NCBI RefSeq assembly: GCF_001194135.2
Contig: NC_068987.1
Location: 82,866,723-82,930,722 of the forward strand
Direction: 5' to 3'
Length of the DNA stretch: 64,000 nucleotides
Source: Octopus bimaculoides
Lineage: Eukaryota
Each line of letters opens with the position of its first letter. The first letter of the stretch is position 1. Of the stretch, positions 52,843 through 64,000 are shown one piece after another. A program made the translations under genes and the position numbers. The notes beneath the pieces are model-generated. The model saw nothing but the letters and a program-made list of their open reading frames with translations, ran no database searches and was not told the origin of the DNA.

Positions 52843-53505
52843 NNNNNNNNNNNNNNNNNNNNNNNNNNNNNNNNNNNNNNNNNNNNNNNNNNNNNNNNNN
52901 NNNNNNNNNNNNNNNNNNNNNNNNNNNNNNNNNNNNNNNNNNNNNNNNNNNNNNNNNNNNNNNNNNNNNNNNNNNNNNNNNNNNNNNNNNNNNNNNNNNN
53001 NNNNNNNNNNNNNNNNNNNNNNNNNNNNNNNNNNNNNNNNNNNNNNNNNNNNNNNNNNNNNNNNNNNNNNNNNNNNNNNNNNNNNNNNNNNNNNNNNNNN
53101 NNNNNNNNNNNNNNNNNNNNNNNNNNNNNNNNNNNNNNNNNNNNNNNNNNNNNNNNNNNNNNNNNNNNNNNNNNNNNNNNNNNNNNNNNNNNNNNNNNNN
53201 NNNNNNNNNNNNNNNNNNNNNNNNNNNNNNNNNNNNNNNNNNNNNNNNNNNNNNNNNNNNNNNNNNNNNNNNNNNNNNNNNNNNNNNNNNNNNNNNNNNN
53301 NNNNNNNNNNNNNNNNNNNNNNNNNNNNNNNNNNNNNNNNNNNNNNNNNNNNNNNNNNNNNNNNNNNNNNNNNNNNNNNNNNNNNNNNNNNNNNNNNNNN
53401 NNNNNNNNNNNNNNNNNNNNNNNNNNNNNNNNNNNNNNNNNNNNNNNNNNNNNNNNNNNNNNNNNNNNNNNNNNNNNNNNNNNNNNNNNNNNNNNNNNNN
53501 NNNNN

Positions 53506-53536
<31 letters not shown>

Positions 53537-54069
53537 TATATATATAGATATAGATAGATATATAGATAGATACAGATATTTTTATCTATATACATACATG
53601 GATACACACAGACATATATATTCATCCATATATATAAACATATATGCATATATGTATATACATATGTGTGTGTGGGTGTGTGTTTGTGTTTAAAAAAAGA
53701 GAATCTTTATTTTGCATAATTCTAAAAACGTGTTTGCACTACTATTACAAGCACATCAATGTTAAAGGTGTTATTTATTTATCACAGTAGAGACGAAATA
53801 TAAATACATCCATTTTCACTTTCATCTACACCTGCTTAGACATGAAGCATTCAATAAATAATAACAACATATGAAACAAACATTTCACTTTATGAACAAT
53901 TTGGTCTTGACTGCCATATTCTTGATCTGCCTTCTATATCTATGCAAACACAGATTTTGGGTTCAATTCCAATCTGTGCCGCCACCTTCGCCAAATATCT
54001 TCTACTATAGCCTTAGGTGAATCAAAATATCATGAGCAGATTGGGAATTAGGAAACTGTAAGAAGCAGT

Positions 54070-54348
54070 GCAGCTGGACTGACTCCTGTGCAGGTAGCAC
54101 GTAAAAAACACCTATTTGAGCATGCCCGTTGCCAGTACCATGTGACTGGCCCTCATGCCAGTGGCATGTAAAAGCACCCGCTACACTCTCAGAGTGGTTG
54201 GCATTAGGAAGGGCATCCAGCTATAGAAACTCTGCCAGATCAGATTGGAGCCTGGTCCTGGTGCAGCCTTCTGGCTTGCCAGTCCTCAGTCAAATCGTTC
54301 AACCCATGCTAGGAAAGCGGACATTAAACAATGATGATGATGATGATG
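54070..54348 (+). mobile_element. RTE-tail family copy, tandem with the next copy
   Basis: Family 3' UTR and GAT tail. Confidence 0.8.
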
Positions 54349-54364
54349 AAACATGTAGAAAATT

Positions 54365-55011
54365 AAAGGCATCTTCAATGACTTCTGACCGAGACCTTTG
54401 GAAATGTGCTGTGCGTGAGAAGTCCCAGCAAGCCAAGTGAGACCTAAATCCAAGGCCTCTGCCAGGGGTGTAGCCAGCCCACTTATGCGTACCTTTCCTA
54501 CATTGGACACTAAACTTCGCTTGCGAAGACATGTTGAGGCAAGTGAAATCGAACTAAATTTGACGACTGGCACTTGTGCCAACGTCGTCTCCTTCATTGG
54601 ACACGAAACTCAGCTTGCGAAGACTTATTGGGGCAAGCGAAAGCGAAATCAGGATAGCACCTGTGCCCAGTGTCGCCTTTCTGGCACTTGTACCCGTGAC
54701 ATGTGTAAGGATTTTTGAGCGAGATCGTTGCCAGTGCCCCTGGACTGGCTCTTGTGCGGGTGGCACATAAAATGCTCCATTTTGAGCACGGCCGATGCCA
54801 GTACCGCCTGACTGGCCTTTGTGCGGGTGACACGTAAAAGCACCTACTACACTCTCTGAGTGGTTGGCGTTAGGAAGGGCATCCAGCTGTAGAAACTCTG
54901 CCAAATCAGATTGGAGCCTGGTGTTGCCATCCGGTTTCACTAGTCCTCAATCAAATCGTCCAGCCCATGCTAGCATGGAAAGCGGACGTTAAACGATGAT
55001 GATGATGATGA
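54365..55011 (+). mobile_element. RTE-clade LINE 3' end: ORF C-terminus plus about 570-nt modular 3' UTR and (GAT)n tail (longest copy in the window)
   Basis: MTSDRDLWKCAVREKSQQAK* (stop at 54438-54440), 3' UTR subrepeats, conserved ggcgttaggaagggcatccagctgtagaa, GAT tail. Confidence 0.8.
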
Positions 55012-55904
55012 TATATATATATGTATATGTATATGTTTGTGTGTCTATGTTTGTTCCCCAACATCACTTGACAACCAATGCTGGTTCAGCAAAAAAGACC
55101 GATAGGATAAATACTAGGCTTACAAAGAATAAGTCCTGGGGTCGATTTGTTCGACTAATGGTGGTGCTCCAGCATGGCTGCAGTCAAATGACTAAAATGA
55201 ATAAAAGAATAATATCAAATGAGTTATTAGATCTGTCACTGATAAGCAGCGATTATTATCTTCAATTAATTCTTTTAACAAACACAGAAGATGTCAATGA
55301 GGATAATGAAGAGATGCTGATGATAGATAAATCAGCTTCCTCTGTAGCTGTCACATTAAATATCGTGATTTCTTTGTAAAGATGGTGTGTATTGGCGTAT
55401 TAAATGTTAAATGAGTGCTTTTAAAATTTCCTCACACAGACACACACACACACACACACACATGTATATATTCAAGCACAACCAGGCATACATACATGTG
55501 CATGCACAGACACTCATACACACTCACACATACACTCTCACACACATACACTCACACATCATACACACAAACATACTCATGTGCATATGCATACACACAC
55601 ACATACACATTCGCTCTAGCGCACACACTCACACACATGTATCTGTGTGAGTGTGTGTATGAGTGTTTGTGCATGGACATACACTTTACACACAGAAACA
55701 CAAACATTCACACACATAGATGCACATACACACACGCGTGCACACACACAGAGTCAATCTAATGTTCAAATTTCTAAGGTTATATATTCACCCTTAAGTG
55801 GTGAACATCATCGGTGCTTCATTAGAGAACAGGGGACACCATTAATTATTTTATGGCACCCTTCAATAATAAGATTCTAAATTTTATTGTGCAAAATTTT
55901 ATAG

Positions 55905-56300
55905 GTGCAGGTGTGGATGTGTGGTAAGAAGCTTGCTTCCCAGTCACATGGTTCCAGGTTCAGTCCCACTGCATAGCACCTTGGGCAAGTGTCTTCTAAT
56001 ATAGCCTCAGGCTGACCAAAGCCTTGTGGATTTTGTAGACGGAAACTGAAAAAAGCCCATCATATATGTGTGTATGTATGTGTGTGTATATGTTTTTGTG
56101 TCTCTGTTTGTCCCCCCCCATCATCGTTTGACAACCAGTGTTGGTATGTTTACATCCTCGTAACTTAGCAGTTCAGCAAAAGAGACTGATAGAATGAGTA
56201 CTAGGCTTACAAAGAATAAGTACTGGGGTTGATTTGTTCAACTAAAAGTGGTGCTCTAGCATGGCCACAGTCAAATGATTGAAACAAGTAAAAGAGTAAA
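55905..56300 (+). mobile_element. SINE AB, full length
   Basis: Family match. Confidence 0.85.
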
Positions 56301-56679
56301 GAGACTATCAATTATTCTTTTCTACTCTAAGCACAAGGCCTGGAATTTTGGGCGAGGAGGCCAGTTGATTAGATTGACCCCAGTACACAACTGGTACTTA
56401 ATTTATCAACCCTGAAAGGATAAAAGGCAAAATCGACCTTAGGGGAATTTGAACTCAGAACGTAAAGACAGATGAAATACCGCTGAGCATTTCGCCCAGT
56501 GTACTAACGATTCTGCCAGCTCGCCACCTTAAAGAGACTATCAATTATTACAATATTTGTGCTTACTTAAAGAGAAAATAATTATAAAAATTACCTTTAA
56601 TTAAAAGTGATGCTCTTGCTTTTTGCATTTGGCACACATATTCATGCAACCATTTCTTGCTATTAAAAGGCTGAGTGCA

Positions 56680-57065
56680 AATATGGCCAAGTGGTTAAGG
56701 AGCTCATTTAGCAACCATATAGTTTCAGGTTCAGTCCAGTGTTGCACCATGAGGAAGTGTCTTCTACTATAGCTTCAGTTTGACCAATATTCTGTGGACG
56801 AATTTGGTAGATGGAAACTATGTGGAAGCCCGCCATATATGTGTGTATGTGTGAGCATTTTTTTGTTTGTTGCCCCACCACTGCATGACAGCTGGTGTTG
56901 GTTTATTTACATCCTCATAACTTAGCTGTTCAACAAAAGACACCAATAAATCAAGTACCAGACTTGAAAAATTTATGCATCTGGGTTCAATTTGTTCAGC
57001 TAAAACCCTTCAATGCAGGGCCCCAGAATGGCTGCAGTTCAATGACTGAAACATCTAAAGGATAA
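56680..57065 (+). mobile_element. SINE AB, full length, diverged
   Basis: Family match. Confidence 0.75.
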
Positions 57066-57899
57066 AAGACAAAAGATTAAAGATTAAAGTTATAACCTCG
57101 GTGTTATTTAGTGCAACCATTTTGAGGGAGGGGTTGAAAAAATGTCAACTGGAATGTGAACCAAATCCAGTACAATAAGATTAAACTAAACAATAAATAC
57201 TGATTATTTATTATGGGCCAATGATCTATGTGATCATTTAACCTGCTAGAGATAACAGCCAAATTTCCCTCTAATCATTAAAAGATTAAAAATGCAAAGG
57301 AGTTGCAAAGTGCACCTTCTCTCTCTCCCTCTCTCTCTCTCTTTATTTGTGTGTGTTTTTGTTTGTCCATGTGAGATGTGTGTGTGTGTGTGTGAGATGA
57401 ATGAATGTGTCTGTGTGTGTAAGTGTATCTGTATGTGTGTGTATATGTGAGATGAGTGAGTGTGTCTGTTTGTGTATCTGTGCATGTGTGTGTATGATCT
57501 ACGTGTGTGTGATCTACGTGTGTGTGTATGTCATCTATGTGAGTGTATGTGAGAGAGATGAGCGTGTCTGTGTATGCATGTGTATCTGTATGTGCATGTG
57601 TATCAGTGTGTGAGTGTGTGTGTACGTGTTTGAGTGTGAGATGTCTGTATGTGTGTATTTATGTGTGTGTGTATCTGTATATCTGTATGTGTATCTCTGT
57701 GTGTGTATCCATATATCTGTGTGTATCTGTGTGTGAGTGTATCTCTGTGTGTGTATCTATGTGTGCATCTCTGTGTGTGTGTGTGTGTGTGTGTGCATCT
57801 TTGTCTGCGTGTGCGTATTTGTGTGTGTGTGCATCTGTGTCTNNNNNNNNNNNNNNNNNNNNNNNNNNNNNNNNNNNNNNNNNNNNNNNNNNNNNNNNN

Positions 57900-58497
57900 N
57901 GTACTTATTCTATTAGTGTCTTTTTGTTGAACTGCTAAGTTATAGGGACATAAACAAAGACCTTTTGTCAAGTAGTGGGGCTAGAGGACAAGCACACATA
58001 TGCACACACCCATACACAAACATATGCACACATGCACACTCACACACATGCGCATATATTGACACACACAGATACACATACATACACAAACACATGTGCA
58101 TATATGCACACTCAGAGACATACATGCACACACACATACTCAAACACAAACACAGATATGCACACACACAGAGACATGCACACACACAAAAACACAAATA
58201 TAAATGTATACACAAACACACATGGACGCTCACATACATGTGCACACACATATGCACACACACAGACCCACAGACACACACGCATATATACATAAACAAT
58301 GCATATATATGTGTGCGTGTGTGTGTGTGTGTGTTGGCTCCCATGCAATTTCCATCCACCAAATTTACTCACAAGGCATTGGTGAGCCCAAGCTCTATCA
58401 TAGAAGTCACTTGCCCAAGGTACCGCACAGCGGGACTGAACCCCCAAACCACACGTCTGCAAAGCAAGCTTCTTAACCACACAGCCATACCTGCACC
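57900..58497 (-). mobile_element. SINE AB with an expanded internal (CA)-rich tract
   Basis: 3' half at 57900-57990, 5' half at 58325-58497. Confidence 0.7.
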
Positions 58498-58760
58498 TAG
58501 ACTCCCTATTTTCCCCTACCTTACCCCAACAGAGACTGGATTTGTAAAAAAAGAATAAAATCACTGCTAAATCCTTCAATGACCTAAAATAACAAATCCC
58601 CATTGTTGTTGTTGTTGTTGTTGTTATTGTTGTTGTTGAGGTAAATCATATAACTGTGATAAGAAAATTTCTCTGAACCCATTGAATCTGTGTTGATACA
58701 TTCATAAATATGAGTCATTTGCAAAGCGCCACAGATAATACACACACACATACACACATG

Positions 58761-58804
<44 letters not shown>

Positions 58805-58978
58805 TATCGAATTTTATATGTGTGTTTGTGTGCACATGCAATAAATCCACATATTTCTTCTTCATGAACTGTTACAAAAGGATTAGCTTTTGATTGACAA
58901 TTTGCGATAGGTCATTGAGTACAAACCTTTTTCAATGGCTAGTAATTAGCATTAATTCTCTGTGTTCTTTTATTGCAG

Positions 58979-59581
58979 TGTGGAAATCTGCTCAAAGATT
59001 AGACCAGTGGCATTCAGACAGAAATATCTCCACTGATGAGAGGATTCAACACTATTTGGACATTGCCTGCTATCTTTTAAACAAACAACAATGTGATTGG
59101 TCTGCTCTGAGATACTTTGATGTTATTGTATGAAACAAGCCAAAGAAATCAACTTTCCAAATAAAATTATTTAATCTTTCACTTGATATTTGAAGTATGC
59201 ACATTCTCTTGGTAACAAACCACTCCGAAAACAGCCCAGAGTATATTTGTTTACTGCCGTAATGTCAACATCTCGACTTCATAAACAATGAAAACATCTT
59301 TCTTTGATATCTGCTGAAATACAATGAAGTAATATCATAAGTATACATATTTTTTTTAATGTTTGGAGAAGCTATGAGATATCAGGTTTAAAGTTGACAG
59401 TCTGGAAAAAACTTCAAAGATGACCTAAAATAAATCACTTTCACCCTGGCTATATAAACTTTAAGCAAATATTACAGCAGCCTGGAGTAACAATTAAACA
59501 CCAAAAACTAATTGGATTTATCATGGACTAAGAAGAGTTTAGTATTTCAATGCTGTGATCATAGAGTAAATTTAAAATAAC
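58979..59581 (+). other. Candidate 5' UTR portion of the same exon
   Basis: Strong acceptor ttctctgtgttcttttattgcAG ending at 58978, followed by repeat-free sequence up to the ATG. A weaker alternative acceptor lies near 59368. Confidence 0.4.
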
Positions 59582-60317
59582 ATGCTGACTTATAAATTTC
59601 GAATATCCAAAACAGTGCTTTTCTTTTTGGTAATATTTTCTATATTTTTCTTCTTTGTTAATAATGTCCTTTTATCCGAACCAAACATGCAAGCTCTCGA
59701 CTATATCACAGATAGAAGGCAAATAAACGCCAAGCAAGCTGCAAATGCAAAATCTCACAGAGAACTCAGTAGTTATGACTCGCAGGCAAGAGTCCAGTGG
59801 TTAGAACGGAAGCCGAAAGCTCATATTATTACTGCTGATGAAAAAAAATTGGTTAAAATCCATGGATTGAAAACTGCAGACAAAAATCTTAGATTTAAGA
59901 AGACTCTTAATAAAACATATAAAGACAACTTTAATAAAAATGACAGTGAAGAATCGGAAATGAGTGAATATAGTGTGAACATGGAATCAACTCTTGAGGA
60001 TGATGTTGATTACAATAATGATGTATATACAGAGGATAATTACTACAACAACGTAGCAGAAAATACCATTGTCAAAGAAAAAGAAATTGACAAAATAGGA
60101 ACTATTGGTTTGAACAAACCATTATTAAAATTTAAGTCATTTGAGACTTTGCCAAAAGATTCCTCCAGTAAACAACTCAAAGTTTCAGATGTTGACAAAG
60201 AAAATGGAAAAGAATTGGTTAAAAGTTTCCAGAAAATCTCATCACCCTCCCAGCTGGACTTACCAATTAGTAATGGAATATTTTGGTCTTCAGCAATTGA
60301 AAATCTTGTGCCAAAAG
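59582..60317 (+). CDS. fj: First coding exon (partial CDS, about 245 codons, phase-1 intron follows) of a four-jointed/FJX1-like Golgi type II membrane kinase
   Basis: Only long non-repetitive ORF in the window. ATG in aacATGc context with an in-frame TAA at 59573-59575. Short basic N-terminus, hydrophobic anchor TVLFFLVIFSIFFFFVNNVLL (about aa 11-31) and a long hydrophilic stem. Ends with GIFWSSAIENLVPKG, resembling from memory the FJX1 motif GVFWSRGLEEQVPPG. Splice donor AAG|GTAAGG at 60317/60318. Coding status is strong; the family call rests on one motif. Confidence 0.72.
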
Positions 60318-60592
60318 GTAAGGAAAAATAGTTATGGTTTTTATTTATTTCTCAAAAGTTTTCTCAAATGTTATAGTAATTATCATTAGTTATCATTATG
60401 CCAATGATAAACACATACACACACTGGTCCTGTTTTCACTTCTTTATTTTCATTAATCAACTGGTTAATCATTTAACCAGTTAACTAATTGATTGTATGA
60501 TTAATTATTCAGTCAATCAACCACAGAGCTAGGTTTATCAAAGCCCTTTTATTGCCACTTATGACCCCATTAATCACATACCCCGCTCTACT

Positions 60593-60822
60593 TTAACTAT
60601 TTCATTACCATATTTATTTTGAGATGCTCTGTGTTTCTTTCAATTAATTTTAAATATAACAAAGAATTTAGTAAAATAATTTAGTCATCATTAAGTTAGT
60701 GTTAGGAACATAAATTGTGACTAAGGTTTGATGGAAGATTTTAATTCAAAACTTATGGAAACAAGACATTTGTACTACAGAACCAGAGGTGGTTTCAGCC
60801 GAGTTAGCATCAACAAGGTTAA
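60593..60822. mobile_element. Possible piggyBac-like MITE
   Basis: TTAA at both ends; TIRs are badly decayed. Confidence 0.35.
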
Positions 60823-60944
60823 ATCTGCTTCAAGTCTATCAGTCTCAGTTTATGCCTGAAAATATCTAAGAAATGGATAAACTAAGGGAAGGAATTTTCT
60901 AAACAATTTCTCCATATTTTTATTTGCATTTCTACATATCATAG

Positions 60945-61345
60945 TTGCAGGCATGGCTGAGTGGTTAAGAAGCTCACCTTGTAACCACATGGTTTCGGGT
61001 TCAGTCTCACTGTATGGCAGCTTGGCTAGATGTCTCCTACTATAACCCCAAGCTGACCAAATGCCTTGTGAGTGAATTTGATAGACAGAAACTGTGTGGA
61101 AGCCTATCATGTATATATAAATATGTACGTATGTATGTATGTCTTATTTTTGTTCCCCCACCTCCACACTGCTTGACAACCAAAGTTGGTTTGTTTACAT
61201 TCCCTTAGCTTAATGGTTACGGTAAAGAGACTGATAGAACAACAAGTACCAAACTTAAAAAACAAGTGCCAGGGTCAAGTTACTCGACTAAACCCTCGAA
61301 GACAGTGCCCCAGCATGGCCAGAATCCAATGACTGAAATAAACAA
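60945..61345 (+). mobile_element. SINE AB, full length, within the fj-like intron
   Basis: Family match. Confidence 0.8.
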
Positions 61346-62474
61346 AACTTTAAAAAAAAAAAGAACAGAAAAAATCTCATGTTTTCCAATTTCTAAGTAT
61401 TCTAAAAGGATCTGCCCTTCATTAGTTTCCCTTAAAATGGTAAAAAAAAACTATGGCTCAAATTTTATTGTTATTTTCAATGAATGGTGAAATTCCTCAG
61501 CTAATTCTTGTCTCTGTGATCAGTACAGTTCTATCAATTCCAATTTAGTGAATCATCTTAAATTACCATTTCTATAGTGACATCAGGAATATGTGATTAA
61601 TTCAAATTTACAACCTAACTGGCAAATTCTAACAGAATTCCGAAGCATAAGAATATGCTGCTGCTGCTACTACTGCTCCTACTCTATCTCTTCGCAGTCA
61701 ATGATGTGGAATAACAAGCTTTCTTCTTTTTCCTCATCACCTACTTCTACCTGAGGTGGTCACCTACCTTCCTCACACTTGTTCTTGGGGCTATATATAT
61801 GTGTGTATGTGTGTGTGTGTGTGCGTATACATGTATGTGTGTGTATGTCTTTATACATGTAATAACATTTATGTATACATATATATGTGTGTAAAAATAT
61901 TTATATGTTTGTGTGTGTGTACGTGTGTGTGTGTGCGTGTGCGTGTGCGTGTGCGTGTGCGTGTGTGTGTGTGTGTAGTTGAAAAACAAAAGACGAAGCG
62001 AAGTGTATTAGTTTGACGCTCAGGGAAGTGGAAAAATCTTTTATGTTTCAAGCCTACTTTCTTCAACTGAAAGGAATAAGAGAAAATAAACAGAGAGAGA
62101 ATAAAAATCTTGTAGATTTAGCAATCAATCATATATATATATATATATACACATACATACATACATACNNNNNNNNNNNNNNNNNNNNNNNNNNNNNNNN
62201 NNNNNNNNNNNNNNNNNNNNNNNNNNNNNNNNNNNNNNNNNNNNNNNNNNNNNNNNNNNNNNNNNNNNNNNNNNNNNNNNNNNNNNNNNNNNNNNNNNNN
62301 NNNNNNNNNNNNNNNNNNNNNNNNNNNNNNNNNNNNNNNNNNNNNNNNNNNNNNNNNNNNNNNNNNNNNNNNNNNNNNNNNNNNNNNNNNNNNNNNNNNN
62401 NNNNNNNNNNNNNNNNNNNNNNNNNNNNNNNNNNNNNNNNNNNNNNNNNNNNNNNNNNNNNNNNNNNNNNNNNN

Positions 62475-62510
<36 letters not shown>

Positions 62511-62880
62511 TTAGGGACAAAATCCAAAATTACAGGTAAAAACTCAATTAAAATCAATTTATAAAAAATTAAAATTAAATTGAGCTTTATAGATAAAATA
62601 TATATAAAACATATAGTTTTAGGGAAAATAACCAAGTTTCAAGAACTCATTGATGAAAATCCACTATCACATAAAGCAAACTTCTTAAACCATTTGGCCA
62701 CATTCTATGTAAAATATTTGTAACAAAATTGTAAAATAACTGAGATTAATAATGGATGCTAGAATTACAGATGTTGGCACAGTGTTGTATTAGATTGAGC
62801 ATTTGGTCCTCAGAAGAGAAGAGGTGGGTAAGAAAGCCAAAACTGCTGTCTTTAGTTCAGTTGATATACCTATCCTCACT

Positions 62881-63214
62881 GACAAAGGAGTGCGGAAGAA
62901 TTCCTGGCTTTGGGTAAAAGAAAATACTGGAGGATCAGTTAATAATGTTTTTATTCAACATATTTTGCCAGATCAGACTGGTGTAGCTTCCTGGCTTGCC
63001 AGTCCTCAGTCAAACCGTCCAACCCATGCCAGCTTGGAAATCGGACATTAAACAATAACGATGATGATGATGATATTTCCTTCTCAAGTTCACACACTTA
63101 TTGCAGCAGTCCTTCAGTTTTTCTAAGTCCTGTAAAAGAGTTCAGAAGGTTGGACCTCCAACCAGGCCTTTCATGATACCCTTAAAACCAGGAGCTTTTC
63201 AGCACCCCCTTGTA
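62881..63214 (+). mobile_element. Mariner-derived MITE with both TIRs, interrupted by an RTE-tail insertion
   Basis: Left end GACAAAGGAGTGCGGAAGAATTCCTGGCTTT versus right-end reverse complement TACAAGGGGGTGCTGAAAAGCTCCTGGTTTT (8 mismatches in 31); TA at the right end. Confidence 0.75.
62966..63074 (+). mobile_element. Short 3' fragment of the RTE-tail family with (GAT)n tail
   Basis: cagtcaaaccgtccaacccatgccagc...gatgatgatg; ATATTT on both sides is a possible TSD. Confidence 0.8.
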
Positions 63215-63895
63215 TGGTGAGTAATGACTGATGAGTAATGACTGAAAGAGTAACAATTGAAAATATAAGGAGCCAAAAATGGGGATCCTCTGAAGGAACT
63301 TTGTAGTAATATTACTCAACAGGGAGCACAACTCAGAGATCGGGGAATTTCTCCAGGTTGAACCATTGCCTCTCCACATTGAGATATCACAACGCTGGTA
63401 CTACAGACATGTGATTTGAATGTCACAAGAAAGAATCACAAAACAGATTCTTTAAGCCAAGTCAACCAGCAGGAAACCTAAGAGCTGGTTGGATAGTATC
63501 CATTCTCTCTGTTGGTCATGCTTGGGAAGCCAGCTGGAAAGTGTCATAGTGTCATGAAAGTAGTTTCTCTCTTTGGAATAGTGGCCAGAAAAAATGGACA
63601 GAAGGATGGATGGATAAATGGAATATCGAAAAATATTCATGTCAATGTTGTAAAACGTCTGAGTCAATATTGTTAAAATACCAAAGTCGATATTTGTGAG
63701 TTGCAAAGGGACTTGAAAGCTTTCCAATTCATTGAAACTTCTATTATATTGAATAGATTCTTGTCATTCACATCTTAAAATCATCATTCACATTTTGATT
63801 TTCCTCACTAGGAAGAAAAAAAAGACAATAAATCATTCATGCTGCTATTAAAAGAAATAAAGCTTCACTGCTTTGGGCAATCTTTTAGTCAAAAC

Positions 63896-64000
63896 CAACA
63901 GCAATTGGTCACTACAACAGCAATTGGTCGCTACAACAGCAATTGGTCACTACAACAGCAATTGGTCACTACAACAGCAATTGGTCACTACAACAGCAAT
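63896..64000 (+). repeat. 19-bp minisatellite, at least 5.5 copies, runs off the window
   Basis: Unit CAACAGCAATTGGTCACTA; one substitution in copy 2. Confidence 0.95.

Larger units (their letters stand above)
62790..63550 (+). mobile_element. Decayed RTE/RTE-X-like LINE ORF fragment split by the MITE
   Basis: VLRREEVGKKAKTAVFSSVDIPILT before the MITE; YGE..VMTERV and then EHNSEIGEFLQVEPLPLHIEISQRWYYRHVI*MSQERITKQIL after it. Typical post-RT RTE sequence. Confidence 0.7.

Noticed and set aside
60318-64000. Second coding exon of the fj-like gene
   Set aside because: No phase-compatible exon with Fj-like sequence found; it is probably beyond the window or in the 62169-62473 gap.

Overview
AT-rich, repeat-dense eukaryotic genomic DNA from a gapped draft scaffold (about 14 N-runs). 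The SINE families and extreme microsatellite load point to an octopus genome; this is my inference from repeat recognition, not a database result. Only one protein-coding segment is supported: the first coding exon (59582-60317, +) of a type II membrane protein. It ends in GIFWSSAIENLVPKG, which resembles the start of the conserved domain of four-jointed/FJX1 Golgi cadherin kinases, and it stops at a GT donor; later exons were not found in the window. Nearly all other listed ORFs are microsatellite or N-gap artefacts. The rest is intron/intergenic DNA with several tRNA-derived SINE families, RTE LINE 3' ends, CR1/L2 relics, mariner/pogo and hAT MITEs, and minisatellites. Best leads: (1) a restriction-like-endonuclease (R4/Dong-like) retrotransposon remnant, missed by the ORF track, with (ACAT)n on both sides, suggesting microsatellite-targeted insertion; (2) a Penelope-type hammerhead-ribozyme-like motif; (3) several long foldback/palindromic elements that would form dsRNA, relevant to cephalopod A-to-I editing; (4) the intron-containing four-jointed-like gene. 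No CRISPR, rRNA or genuine tRNA gene was seen. Repeat boundaries were read by eye and are approximate (about +/-10 nt).
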